From a virus, in IMG/VR virus record IMGVR_UViG_3300042343_000347: a stretch of 64,000 bases of DNA; one strand, 5' to 3'. The notes beneath the pieces were generated by a model. It did no database searches and was not told the DNA's origin. It was given only the letters and a program-made list of their open reading frames with translations. Below are positions 28,638 through 39,985 of the stretch, piece after piece (the first letter of the stretch is position 1; each line of letters starts with the position of its first letter). The translations under genes were made by a program, and so were the position numbers.

Positions 28638-29144
28638 TCATTTTAAAAATTCTTCGATATCAAGATCGTAGTACAGACTATTTATTTTGTGGATTCCTAT
28701 CAAATACAAAACAAAACTAGACACACTGGATCCACGACCCACTCCCCAAACTACATTGTTTTCGCGCATAGTGTCTACTAGATATTTAAGGTATCGTAAT
28801 AGATCAAACATGTCACGCTCTTGGAACAATAATAGTTCCATACCTGCGCGTTGCAGTTCTTCATCATTACTGCATTGTTCCAATATAAACTGTGCTATGT
28901 CTAGTTGTTTATATTGTTCCGGCATGTGCCAATTGTTTTGATTTTTTGTATCGAACTCTACGACCGAGACCTTAGGATCAACATAATGTATAAATTGTGG
29001 TACTTCTACTAAATCTAAAACTTCAGGAAACAGTACTTCCGATTCCAATAAAACTCTATATAACTTTTTTTCGGGATCTTTCAGGTAAAGGTCGCAGAGA
29101 TCATTCTCATCGTATATCAATTGACCATAGACATCTTTGCGCAT
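28638..29144 (-). CDS. stand-alone fragment of DNA polymerase III alpha (DnaE) palm region
   Basis: WGVGRGSSVSSFVLYLIGIHKINS..YDL..EEFL matches DnaE GPGRGS(A/S)..SLV.Y.LGIT.IDP..Y.L.FERFL; start refined to MRKDVYG. Confidence 0.8.
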   Translation of the reverse strand: MRKDVYGQLIYDENDLCDLYLKDPEKKLYRVLLESEVLFPEVLDLVEVPQFIHYVDPKVSVVEFDTKNQNNWHMPEQYKQLDIAQFILEQCSNDEELQRAGMELLLFQERDMFDLLRYLKYLVDTMRENNVVWGVGRGSSVSSFVLYLIGIHKINSLYYDLDIEEFLK

Positions 29145-29150
29145 CTTATA

Positions 29151-29179
29151 ATGATACGCTATTTTCCCGTCCAAGTCAA
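29151..29179 (-). promoter_or_regulatory. sigma70-type promoter, leaderless DnaE-fragment transcript
   Basis: TTGACT-N17-TATCAT-N6-ATG(29144). Confidence 0.65.
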
Positions 29180-29704
29180 CTCTAACTCTGCCCAATCATC
29201 AGATTTATGGTCAAATAAATTAACGATCTTATCCTTTTTGTTTTTTTGTATTTGCACACACATAGTGGGTGTATTCCACCAGTGATTACCGCTAAATTCT
29301 GCTTCTGCGGTTTCATTTGATAATTCAAACTTGATGAGATTGCTTAGTTTGCTACCAAAAACGATATCAGTCATAATGATTCTCTCTTCCATGATAGCGT
29401 TGCATTTATTCATCAATATCAAACCTACGATTTGATCGTATGGTTCTTCAGGTACGAGGCAAACCTTCATACCCGCTTTGTTATATTTGTCTATAGCATC
29501 TTTCTCTTTGTCACAGACGAATATACAATCTTCAATAACACTACCTATAAAATGAGTTATTCTTTCTACTGCTATATTTTGATCGTTAGCGTCTAATGTA
29601 TTAATAGTCATTATAGCAGTCATCTCATATAAGTTTACCATATACTTGTCGCCGAAATGCACAGCAGTCATAAACGTAAACTCTTTTTGTATCTTACTTG
29701 ACAT
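29159..29704 (-). CDS. hypothetical protein
   Basis: 181 aa ORF in operon. Confidence 0.65.
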   Translation of the reverse strand: MSSKIQKEFTFMTAVHFGDKYMVNLYEMTAIMTINTLDANDQNIAVERITHFIGSVIEDCIFVCDKEKDAIDKYNKAGMKVCLVPEEPYDQIVGLILMNKCNAIMEERIIMTDIVFGSKLSNLIKFELSNETAEAEFSGNHWWNTPTMCVQIQKNKKDKIVNLFDHKSDDWAELELTWTGK

Positions 29705-29705
29705 A

Positions 29706-29939
29706 TCAACCTTCTTTAGTGATTCTCACTTGACCTTCGATATTTTGTTTCTTGATCATTTCATTGATCTTCTTTTGATACTCAGATCGATAACTTTCAA
29801 TTACCATCTTTATCTGATGTATCAATGGACCATTACCGGTTCTGTATGCGAAGGTTAACTTTTGGTGCAAACTAGAAATCGTGTCTTGCAACTGTTCTAT
29901 TGTTTTATCTGAGAGATCGTTAATGAATGGGTGTTCCAT
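29706..29939 (-). CDS. hypothetical helical protein
   Basis: MEHPFINDLSDKT coiled-coil. Confidence 0.6.
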   Translation of the reverse strand: MEHPFINDLSDKTIEQLQDTISSLHQKLTFAYRTGNGPLIHQIKMVIESYRSEYQKKINEMIKKQNIEGQVRITKEG

Positions 29940-29942
29940 ACA

Positions 29943-32180
29943 TTATAATATATACCATTGGCCCGTCGCACCGCCCACTGCGCAATACAATTCTATGTTA
30001 GTATTGATTGGTAATGAGTATGCTGTGTTGACTGCCAATAAGTCTATCCTTGCTCCAGTGTTAGGATATACCTTTAGTGCGTTGGTAGCATTGATATTTC
30101 TTACGATGATTCTTAAACCTGCCTGAGCGGCTGGTAATTTAACACCGCTACCGCTAGTAACGGTTTGTACGATATTGATGGATGCTAGTAGATTGGCAGC
30201 ATCAGCCTGTGTGCTACCTGTCGCTACGATACCTGTAGTGACTCCTGATACGTAGAAGCCGTTTGCCAATATATTAGCATTTGAGAATATATTACCGGTG
30301 ACTGCTACTTGCCCTGATACCTCTATGTTGCCGAATATTGAATTTCCGTTAGCAATAACATCTACACAATTAACTGCACCTGCTATATTAGCAGTGCCTG
30401 CTATGACGTTACCGAAGATACCTGCATTTGCTGAACTGACTAGGCTCAGTGCATATATCGCATTTGCGATTACATTGCCGTTAGAAACAATCTGTGTGCC
30501 TGAAGTTAAATTACCTACTAATGTATTGCCGCCTATGTTGACATTACCTAATAGGTTTGCAGTTCCTGTGACTGATAGGTTTGCTGTAGCATTAATATTA
30601 CTACCTTGTAATGTACCACCGGATACTATGTTACCGGGAACAGACAGAACATTAGTAACATTATTATATGTGAAGCCTGCTGCCGCACCGAAAGTGCCTG
30701 CATTGTTAAATTGTACTTGCGTATTAGAACCAGCAACCAACCCGCTACCAGATCCGCCACCAGCAGACCATGCTAGATTACCGGTGCCATCTGTGACCAA
30801 GAAATAACCATTCACTCCACCACCGATACGTATATCAGCAATATTAGGAATGACCGCGCTAGTCGTAGTCTCTGTACCAGGTATCAACGGTATCTGTCTG
30901 AATATGTTCTTACCTTCATAAACCGTAAAGTCTAATGGATAAGAAGAATCAGGAATGTGAGTCAATACACCTTCATATGTTGGACCAGCAATGCCATTAT
31001 CTATAGTTTTGCTGATAGTAATACTAGTGCCAGATACTGACTTTACATAATATACTTCGCCGGCTGTGACATTAGCATTGGCTGTACCGGCGCCAGTGAA
31101 TATGATAGGATAATTGACTGCTATGTGAGTCATACCCGAAGCAGGATCGACACCGATAACGTTAGGGCTTGTTGTTGATATAACGTTCTTGTCAAAACTA
31201 TTTCCTGAATAATTATCCACAGCAACAAACATGTAACTTACAGGATTTAATGTAAAGTTTCCTGTGCCGCCTACAAGATTTATATTACTTGCAGCCTGAA
31301 AATCAGATGAGATTTTGAAATGAGTAGCGTTCGCGACATTGCTTACGTAATAAGTAGCACCAGACACAATGTTTGGTTCAAAACTATTACCTGTGAAGAC
31401 TACAGGTATGCCGGGATATAGTGCAGTTGTACTAGTGGTTACTAAGTAATCAGTCGCAGTAGATGTAGTGATATCTAATGTAGACGCTGTTAAGTCACTG
31501 ACACAGACAGTGCCTATAACATCACCTAACTGACCAGTTGTTGGCGGAGTTCTTTTCTGAACTTGTGCAGTCTGCATAGGTCTATTGATAGGCTGAACAT
31601 ATAATGTATTGCCGCAATCTACGCTTGATACTAATAGATTTAATTGTGTCACATCATAAGGAAAACTCAATGTGACAGCGCCATTTGGATTTGAACTGTT
31701 CTCGGTCAATGTCCAACCATAGTTATTTTCAAAGACTGCTTCTGCTGGGAACGTGATAGAGAAGTCTGCTTGAGCATTAGGACGTCCTATCTGTAGTGTG
31801 ACGTTGCTTTGTGTTTGTGTAGGAGCCCAATTACCGAATTGTAGTAAAACGTTTCCTGATAGATTTCCATACTGCACATCGCCCAGTGACAAGTCCACAG
31901 TCACTAAATTAGTGAGGGCATTACCTAAATTATACGTAGTAGAGCGAAAACCTAAAACGCTAGCATTAGATATGAGTGCATTAGCCATGTCATTGTTTAA
32001 TGAAGTATTGGCTAATGGTGCTTTTAATACAGCATTGTTTTGAAGATCAGTGATCTCAGACCCAGCAATACCTAAGTTGTTTTTGATGGTGGCGAAGTTA
32101 TTACGGAATCCCTGGGTGCTATTATTCTGTCCAGGAATTGGGTAATTTGCATCGATGCTGTTTGTATTAATCGTACTCAT
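29943..32180 (-). CDS. tail fibre/baseplate-associated structural protein
   Basis: N-terminal YPIPGQNNSTQGFRNNF; two PIxFxG..YYV modules; GN/AN beta-helix-like repeats; C-terminal module shared with the collagen genes. Confidence 0.7.
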   Translation of the reverse strand: MSTINTNSIDANYPIPGQNNSTQGFRNNFATIKNNLGIAGSEITDLQNNAVLKAPLANTSLNNDMANALISNASVLGFRSTTYNLGNALTNLVTVDLSLGDVQYGNLSGNVLLQFGNWAPTQTQSNVTLQIGRPNAQADFSITFPAEAVFENNYGWTLTENSSNPNGAVTLSFPYDVTQLNLLVSSVDCGNTLYVQPINRPMQTAQVQKRTPPTTGQLGDVIGTVCVSDLTASTLDITTSTATDYLVTTSTTALYPGIPVVFTGNSFEPNIVSGATYYVSNVANATHFKISSDFQAASNINLVGGTGNFTLNPVSYMFVAVDNYSGNSFDKNVISTTSPNVIGVDPASGMTHIAVNYPIIFTGAGTANANVTAGEVYYVKSVSGTSITISKTIDNGIAGPTYEGVLTHIPDSSYPLDFTVYEGKNIFRQIPLIPGTETTTSAVIPNIADIRIGGGVNGYFLVTDGTGNLAWSAGGGSGSGLVAGSNTQVQFNNAGTFGAAAGFTYNNVTNVLSVPGNIVSGGTLQGSNINATANLSVTGTANLLGNVNIGGNTLVGNLTSGTQIVSNGNVIANAIYALSLVSSANAGIFGNVIAGTANIAGAVNCVDVIANGNSIFGNIEVSGQVAVTGNIFSNANILANGFYVSGVTTGIVATGSTQADAANLLASINIVQTVTSGSGVKLPAAQAGLRIIVRNINATNALKVYPNTGARIDLLAVNTAYSLPINTNIELYCAVGGATGQWYIL

Positions 32181-32221
32181 ATCGTTTCGTTATCCTATTG
32201 TATTTATGTATCCTCAAAACC

Positions 32222-35107
32222 CTATAATTTATATTGTGTCTTGTTAGGCAGTATCGTCTTCTGCGGGAATAACACATAAAAGTCCTGACTGTCTACAGGG
32301 TCGGGCACCGGTGTCGCTGAAGGATACCTAGTCCATGACTTAGTTTCTAATAATGTATCATAATTATATGTCAATGTCTTGCTCACCGAGAATCTATCGA
32401 TCTGGAAGTTAATCTGATTTAGAACAAAAGGCCAATCATTTTGTATGTTATCCTTGATGACATTAGCATAGGATATAGCATCGTATACTGCTGATACTGA
32501 TCCTTCACCGTCATTAAGTATTATTGAAGAACCACCCTTGGTAGTGCTTACTTTGATCTTATTACCACTCAACACTTCAATGACATAATATACTTTATTT
32601 GGTTGCAAACCACCAAACACATCATTAGAGAATATTATAGTACCACCTACTAATATATCGCTTGTGTTTGATACTTTGATAGTATTGTCAGCGATAGATG
32701 TTTCTATAGCAGTTATTGTTATAGGTTCTGGAATCTTAGTATAAGCAATAACCCAAGCAGGGGTAAATCCTAATGTGTTTCCGTCTATCTGTTGACTTGT
32801 CATCCATAATGGCAGTAACTTGAAATTATAGTCCGCGCCTAGTTCTTGTTCTACACGCTTACGCATGTTTTCTAAACTGTTAGGATATAATACTCTAGCA
32901 TATCCGGGAGTCAAACTAGTGTAGAATGTAGGAACACCACCATTTAATAATAACGGTAATCCTGTTTGTGTCAGCAAATCAAACATTCTAAAGTTTGTGA
33001 TAAGATCAGCCTCTTGATTGAAGATGTAACTTGTATAGATATCATTACTACTTGCATACCATGGTCCTAGATTCAAATCTATGAATCTAGGCCAGAATAT
33101 TTCTTCACTTACGCTTTCGCTATATCTATAATCATAATCACTTGAATGATGTCCACCCATAGCAGGTTCATATTTTTGTAGATTATCTATAACGGTACTG
33201 TATAATACTTCATATAAAATATTATTGTTTTCATCTCTTGCTATAGCAGTATTCAATTCACCTAATGTTATATTACGCCAGTAGTGATTTTTCTTAACCG
33301 CTTCAATGTATTCTTTGATGTCACTAGAATATACACCATAAGCATGTGCATATACAATGTTATTCGCTTTGCCGTAGTTAGGATCATCAGGTCTGAATAG
33401 ATATTCAGTAGGTATCAGTTCAGTATTATCTAATAAGCTTGTTATCTTTTCTCTGTCAGCAATGCTAGGTGTGCATTTGATATAAAGATTGTCCGTCGGT
33501 ATATCATATGTCTGCTTGATAGTTAGTGTGAATTCTTTTGTGCTGCTTACTAATGGAATAGATTGCGAATATGCACGAATAGTAAACGTATATGTAGCAG
33601 TATCATTTTTCTCTTGATACGTATCTGTAGGTTGATATGCTACTACACCATCTATTTCTCCATTTGATTTAAATGACAAATTAGGAGGCAACTCACCGCT
33701 TATCAATTGATATGATAAGGTGACATCACAATTGGCTTCTATCTTTTTATCGCTGACTGTAGCATTATCCATGACACCTAGATCACTATCAGTGACCCAT
33801 ATAATATCACCGGTGATGTTATTCGCTACGTTTAATGTGAATTTAAATACAGGGCTAGAATAATTAGAGTCGCTAACTTTAATCGCTTGTGCTGTGAAAC
33901 CGTACTCTTGTATATGATTTACCGGTATCGACGGAGTTCCATATACCCAACCAGTATCAGTATCCACAGTCATCCAACTTGGTGCTCCTGCAAAACTATA
34001 ACGTAAATCAGTGCCGTCGAAGTCATGGCCTAATATTTTAAAACTAAAATAGTTATCTGACAAGAACTGTCCTATATATGCATTGGCAGTAGGAGGATAA
34101 GTCATACCCGTAACAATTGGATCGGGTGGTAGCACATAGTAACCAAAATTTTCAGTACCTGCGATGTCATATGTAGGTGGTCTAGTATTATAGACTGTAG
34201 GGTTTCTAGTATTTGCTAATTTGCCCGGGCCGCCTTCAACGATAGATAAGTTTTGATTTATAACCACTATAGAATAGAATGCCGAATCATTACCTAAGGG
34301 GCTAGTTAATTGTAGAGTAAAACTATATTGTCTTTTTGTGGGTTGTCCTATCTCAGTCTCAGGTAATGTAGCATTCATAAAACCTGTACCGGTAGTCAAT
34401 GTAACAGCATCACCACCTGGTATAGTGCTGATAGTTATCTGTGTCGCATTGATAACAGACTTAATGTAATAAACTTGAGTAGTGCTTAGATTGCCTATAG
34501 GTGTTCCTGAAAAAGAGATAGGTCTGTTTTGTACAAAACCATTAGTACCTATCACTGTGATATAATTATTAGTCGCATCTGTAGCAGTAACGAAAGTTGT
34601 TACTTCAGGCAAGTTTACAATCTTTATAGGAGGTTCTGGATAACCTCTGATCAAGCCGGCTTCGTTTATCTCAAGACCGGGAGGTAATGAACCTTGCAAT
34701 ACTCTTATGTTTACTGGGTTCGTGGGTATAGGATTGTCATAAGATATAGCAATCTCTTGCCATATACTGTCTTGCGTAGTTAATAGTAATCCTTCAGGAG
34801 TGCTAAATGTAGGTAGCGCATCACCTGACACCCTAATACTAAAAGTTCTATCACTTAAGTTACCTAAGTTGTCTGTTACTCTTATCACGAATATGCTTGT
34901 AGTATCAGAGGATACTAATCCAGGTAAACCTGATATCAAACCATCAATACGTAAAGACATACCGTCAGGAAGGGCGCCGCTCAATAATTTATAACTCACT
35001 GTAGTCGCAGGTAGTATTGCCTCTGCTTCTAATTGTAGAGACATTACGATTTGTGCGGGATAAACTCCTACTAATCCTGCTGGTGTGATCCACTTAGGAG
35101 CACTCAT
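32222..35107 (-). CDS. baseplate wedge-like protein with Ig-like (putative Ig) domains
   Basis: Repeated SGxLPxGL..G.I.G.P Ig-like motifs; located in the tail cluster. Confidence 0.65.
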   Translation of the reverse strand: MSAPKWITPAGLVGVYPAQIVMSLQLEAEAILPATTVSYKLLSGALPDGMSLRIDGLISGLPGLVSSDTTSIFVIRVTDNLGNLSDRTFSIRVSGDALPTFSTPEGLLLTTQDSIWQEIAISYDNPIPTNPVNIRVLQGSLPPGLEINEAGLIRGYPEPPIKIVNLPEVTTFVTATDATNNYITVIGTNGFVQNRPISFSGTPIGNLSTTQVYYIKSVINATQITISTIPGGDAVTLTTGTGFMNATLPETEIGQPTKRQYSFTLQLTSPLGNDSAFYSIVVINQNLSIVEGGPGKLANTRNPTVYNTRPPTYDIAGTENFGYYVLPPDPIVTGMTYPPTANAYIGQFLSDNYFSFKILGHDFDGTDLRYSFAGAPSWMTVDTDTGWVYGTPSIPVNHIQEYGFTAQAIKVSDSNYSSPVFKFTLNVANNITGDIIWVTDSDLGVMDNATVSDKKIEANCDVTLSYQLISGELPPNLSFKSNGEIDGVVAYQPTDTYQEKNDTATYTFTIRAYSQSIPLVSSTKEFTLTIKQTYDIPTDNLYIKCTPSIADREKITSLLDNTELIPTEYLFRPDDPNYGKANNIVYAHAYGVYSSDIKEYIEAVKKNHYWRNITLGELNTAIARDENNNILYEVLYSTVIDNLQKYEPAMGGHHSSDYDYRYSESVSEEIFWPRFIDLNLGPWYASSNDIYTSYIFNQEADLITNFRMFDLLTQTGLPLLLNGGVPTFYTSLTPGYARVLYPNSLENMRKRVEQELGADYNFKLLPLWMTSQQIDGNTLGFTPAWVIAYTKIPEPITITAIETSIADNTIKVSNTSDILVGGTIIFSNDVFGGLQPNKVYYVIEVLSGNKIKVSTTKGGSSIILNDGEGSVSAVYDAISYANVIKDNIQNDWPFVLNQINFQIDRFSVSKTLTYNYDTLLETKSWTRYPSATPVPDPVDSQDFYVLFPQKTILPNKTQYKL

Positions 35108-35119
35108 ATGTTACCCCCA

Positions 35120-37393
<2,274 letters not shown>

Positions 37394-37394
37394 T

Positions 37395-37721
37395 TTACTT
37401 AGTCTCTAAAATACTTAATGTTAGTTTAAGAACGCTGTTTGCGTTTGCATAAACTCCTATGCTATTACCTGCCTCAACTACTAATTTACCTGACAATAAT
37501 GCCGCAGCGTCTCCCACAGGAATAGTGAAGTCTTTCGCTAGTTCTGTATTACCGTTTATTGAACTATAAAAGGTAATGTTGCCGTCATCAGATGCATTTA
37601 TGTTTGTTGCTTGCGCTAGCAAGACAATCGCTGTAGTTTCCGCAGGGCATGTGTAAATGTTTGTAGCCACTGTTGTAATATTGGCTGCTACTGACTTGAA
37701 TACGTTTAATGGGCTTGCCAC
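37395..37721 (-). CDS. small virion structural protein
   Basis: IYTCPA..KLVVEAG..LTLSILE pattern common next to fibre genes; GTG start. Confidence 0.65.
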   Translation of the reverse strand: MASPLNVFKSVAANITTVATNIYTCPAETTAIVLLAQATNINASDDGNITFYSSINGNTELAKDFTIPVGDAAALLSGKLVVEAGNSIGVYANANSVLKLTLSILETK

Positions 37722-37724
37722 GGT

Positions 37725-39953
37725 TTAATTCTCCAATGCTAATATGTATGGTGTAAGGACTGCGAATAAACTTCTATCAAAAGTTTCTCCTTCGATCACG
37801 CCTGCCTCTTCACTAATCAATAGTCCGTCACCGATTCTAAAATCACCGAATTGATCAGTACTAGTATAATTTACTCTTCCGCCATTCGTCTGACGAATTT
37901 CATTCGCTTGTATAGGAACACCACCTAGTCTTGGTGTTGAAGTTAATATGTTAGTGCCTGTACCAACATATTCAAATGTTTGTCCACTTGCTGATATCAA
38001 AGATATCTGTAAGAAATTAACAGATCCTGGTGTAGGTGTGAACTCTAATGATTCACTAAATGTGATAACGCTTGTACCTGATGATAGTGGTGTAGCCTCA
38101 CGTACTAAAATATATTGTGAATCGACTCCATCAGTTAACAATACAGCGTCATTAACTGCTGGACGTACACTTAATCCACTAACTGTTAATGTGCTACGTG
38201 TGTTAGATACCAACGTTCCGGTATATAATGTAGGTCCTACACCCTCTGCCCATAATCCATAATCACCGAAACTATTATTTGAATTAGTGATTGAGCAAGT
38301 ACCGCCATTTTCACACTTAACACCTGCTGTACAGCAGATAGTGAATATACTTACTAACTGTGCATAACCTTGATTAGTGATGTGTATACCTAATCCACCT
38401 TGATTGAATTGAGTATAACTGTCAAGAACCATCGACTTCAATCCACCTGCTAGATTGCCGTCTACACGCATGCCTGCGCCTGTAGTTGTGATACTGCTAC
38501 AGTTTTGAATATAAGGGCTTGTTACGATAAACCCTGCACCAGTGCTTGGAAATGCGATTGCTGCCGCAGGAGTCAAATGATCTCTGAATGTCATACCAGT
38601 AATATAGCAACGATTACGCACCCAGAAAATATCTTGTGTTGGGTTGGCTGGTCTTACATTGACCGCTCTTAAGTTATCACCTACTATACTAACACCTGCG
38701 CTTAGTGACATAGGGTTGACTTCTGTATAATCACCTGCTTTCACTAATATGCAAGTAATACCTGTTGGATTCAATGCTTGTAGTGCATTGGCTGCTGTTA
38801 CCGCTGATGCGATTGTTAATTTAGCATGTGACAAATCTGTACCGCTATTACTGTCGTTGCCTGATTTACTTACATATAATACGTTTTGCGCGACACCGGC
38901 TACACCAGTCGCACCAGTCGCACCAGTAGGTCCTGTAGCACCACTAGGACCACCTGCTGATATAGCAGCCCAGCCGTATTGTGCCGTAGTGAATGTAAGT
39001 GTTAATGTATTGGCATCAACAAAATCGATTTCTGGATAATCATATCTACCTACAAAACTTACGTTTGCGCTATCTACTGGCTCAACGTTGACGTACCTAG
39101 ATCCTAGATTGTGATTCACAGTCCATACAGTAGAAGGAGTTGCTTGTGTATGCAACCATGTTCCGCCGGGAGGGCCTGAAGGACCGGTCGCACCAGTGGC
39201 GCCGGTTAGACCGGTCGCACCTTGAGGCGTGAATATATTGATATCCCAAGCAGAATAATAACCGGATCCTATACCACCTACAGCAAAAAACGTCAATGCA
39301 CCTGTAGCAGGATTATAACTATTGACTACACCAACCATGTAATTGTTCACATCATATGAACATACTAAATTTTGACCAGTTGTGTATGCTAAACTTGTAT
39401 CAACAATGCAAGATTTTAGTTCTTGTGCTGTACCTGTGTCGAAAGGACCACCAGTCGCCGTTGCTGTGAATATAGTTCCTGGATTGTTATTAGGAGAGCC
39501 TAATGCGGCCCAATCTGTATTTCCAGGATTATAAATCCTATATGTCATGCCTATAGTGATATCATCTGCTTCAAGCGGTGATGTGACCAACTCCATTCCG
39601 GTTGATGATGTAGTGCTATATGGCAATGCAGGGCCAGTAGCACCCATACCACCTAATGATACTGCTGCGTATCCAGTTTGAGGCGTAGTGAAAGTTAGTG
39701 TTAGTGTAGTATTGTTTAAAAATTCTATAGTAGGATAATCATAACGACCTACGAAACTGACATTAGTACTGTCAATAGGTTCAACGTTAACATATCTCTC
39801 ACCTAAATTGTGAGTCACCGTCCATACTGTAGATGCAGTCGTTTGAGTATGGAGATGTGTGCCACCTGTAGGACCGGTAGCGCCTGTAGAGCCTTGAACT
39901 CCTACTATCGCTTCTACCCAACTACTACCATTATAATATTTTAATACGCCCAT
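37725..39953 (-). CDS. fibre protein with short collagen segments and a pectin-lyase-like beta-helix domain
   Basis: LYVSKSGNDSNSG..TIASAV, GDNLR, SPYIQNCSS; two HNL..GRYDYP modules. Confidence 0.7.
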   Translation of the reverse strand: MGVLKYYNGSSWVEAIVGVQGSTGATGPTGGTHLHTQTTASTVWTVTHNLGERYVNVEPIDSTNVSFVGRYDYPTIEFLNNTTLTLTFTTPQTGYAAVSLGGMGATGPALPYSTTSSTGMELVTSPLEADDITIGMTYRIYNPGNTDWAALGSPNNNPGTIFTATATGGPFDTGTAQELKSCIVDTSLAYTTGQNLVCSYDVNNYMVGVVNSYNPATGALTFFAVGGIGSGYYSAWDINIFTPQGATGLTGATGATGPSGPPGGTWLHTQATPSTVWTVNHNLGSRYVNVEPVDSANVSFVGRYDYPEIDFVDANTLTLTFTTAQYGWAAISAGGPSGATGPTGATGATGVAGVAQNVLYVSKSGNDSNSGTDLSHAKLTIASAVTAANALQALNPTGITCILVKAGDYTEVNPMSLSAGVSIVGDNLRAVNVRPANPTQDIFWVRNRCYITGMTFRDHLTPAAAIAFPSTGAGFIVTSPYIQNCSSITTTGAGMRVDGNLAGGLKSMVLDSYTQFNQGGLGIHITNQGYAQLVSIFTICCTAGVKCENGGTCSITNSNNSFGDYGLWAEGVGPTLYTGTLVSNTRSTLTVSGLSVRPAVNDAVLLTDGVDSQYILVREATPLSSGTSVITFSESLEFTPTPGSVNFLQISLISASGQTFEYVGTGTNILTSTPRLGGVPIQANEIRQTNGGRVNYTSTDQFGDFRIGDGLLISEEAGVIEGETFDRSLFAVLTPYILALEN

Positions 39954-39985
39954 AATGTTCTATTATTTATTTACCTGTATTTTTA

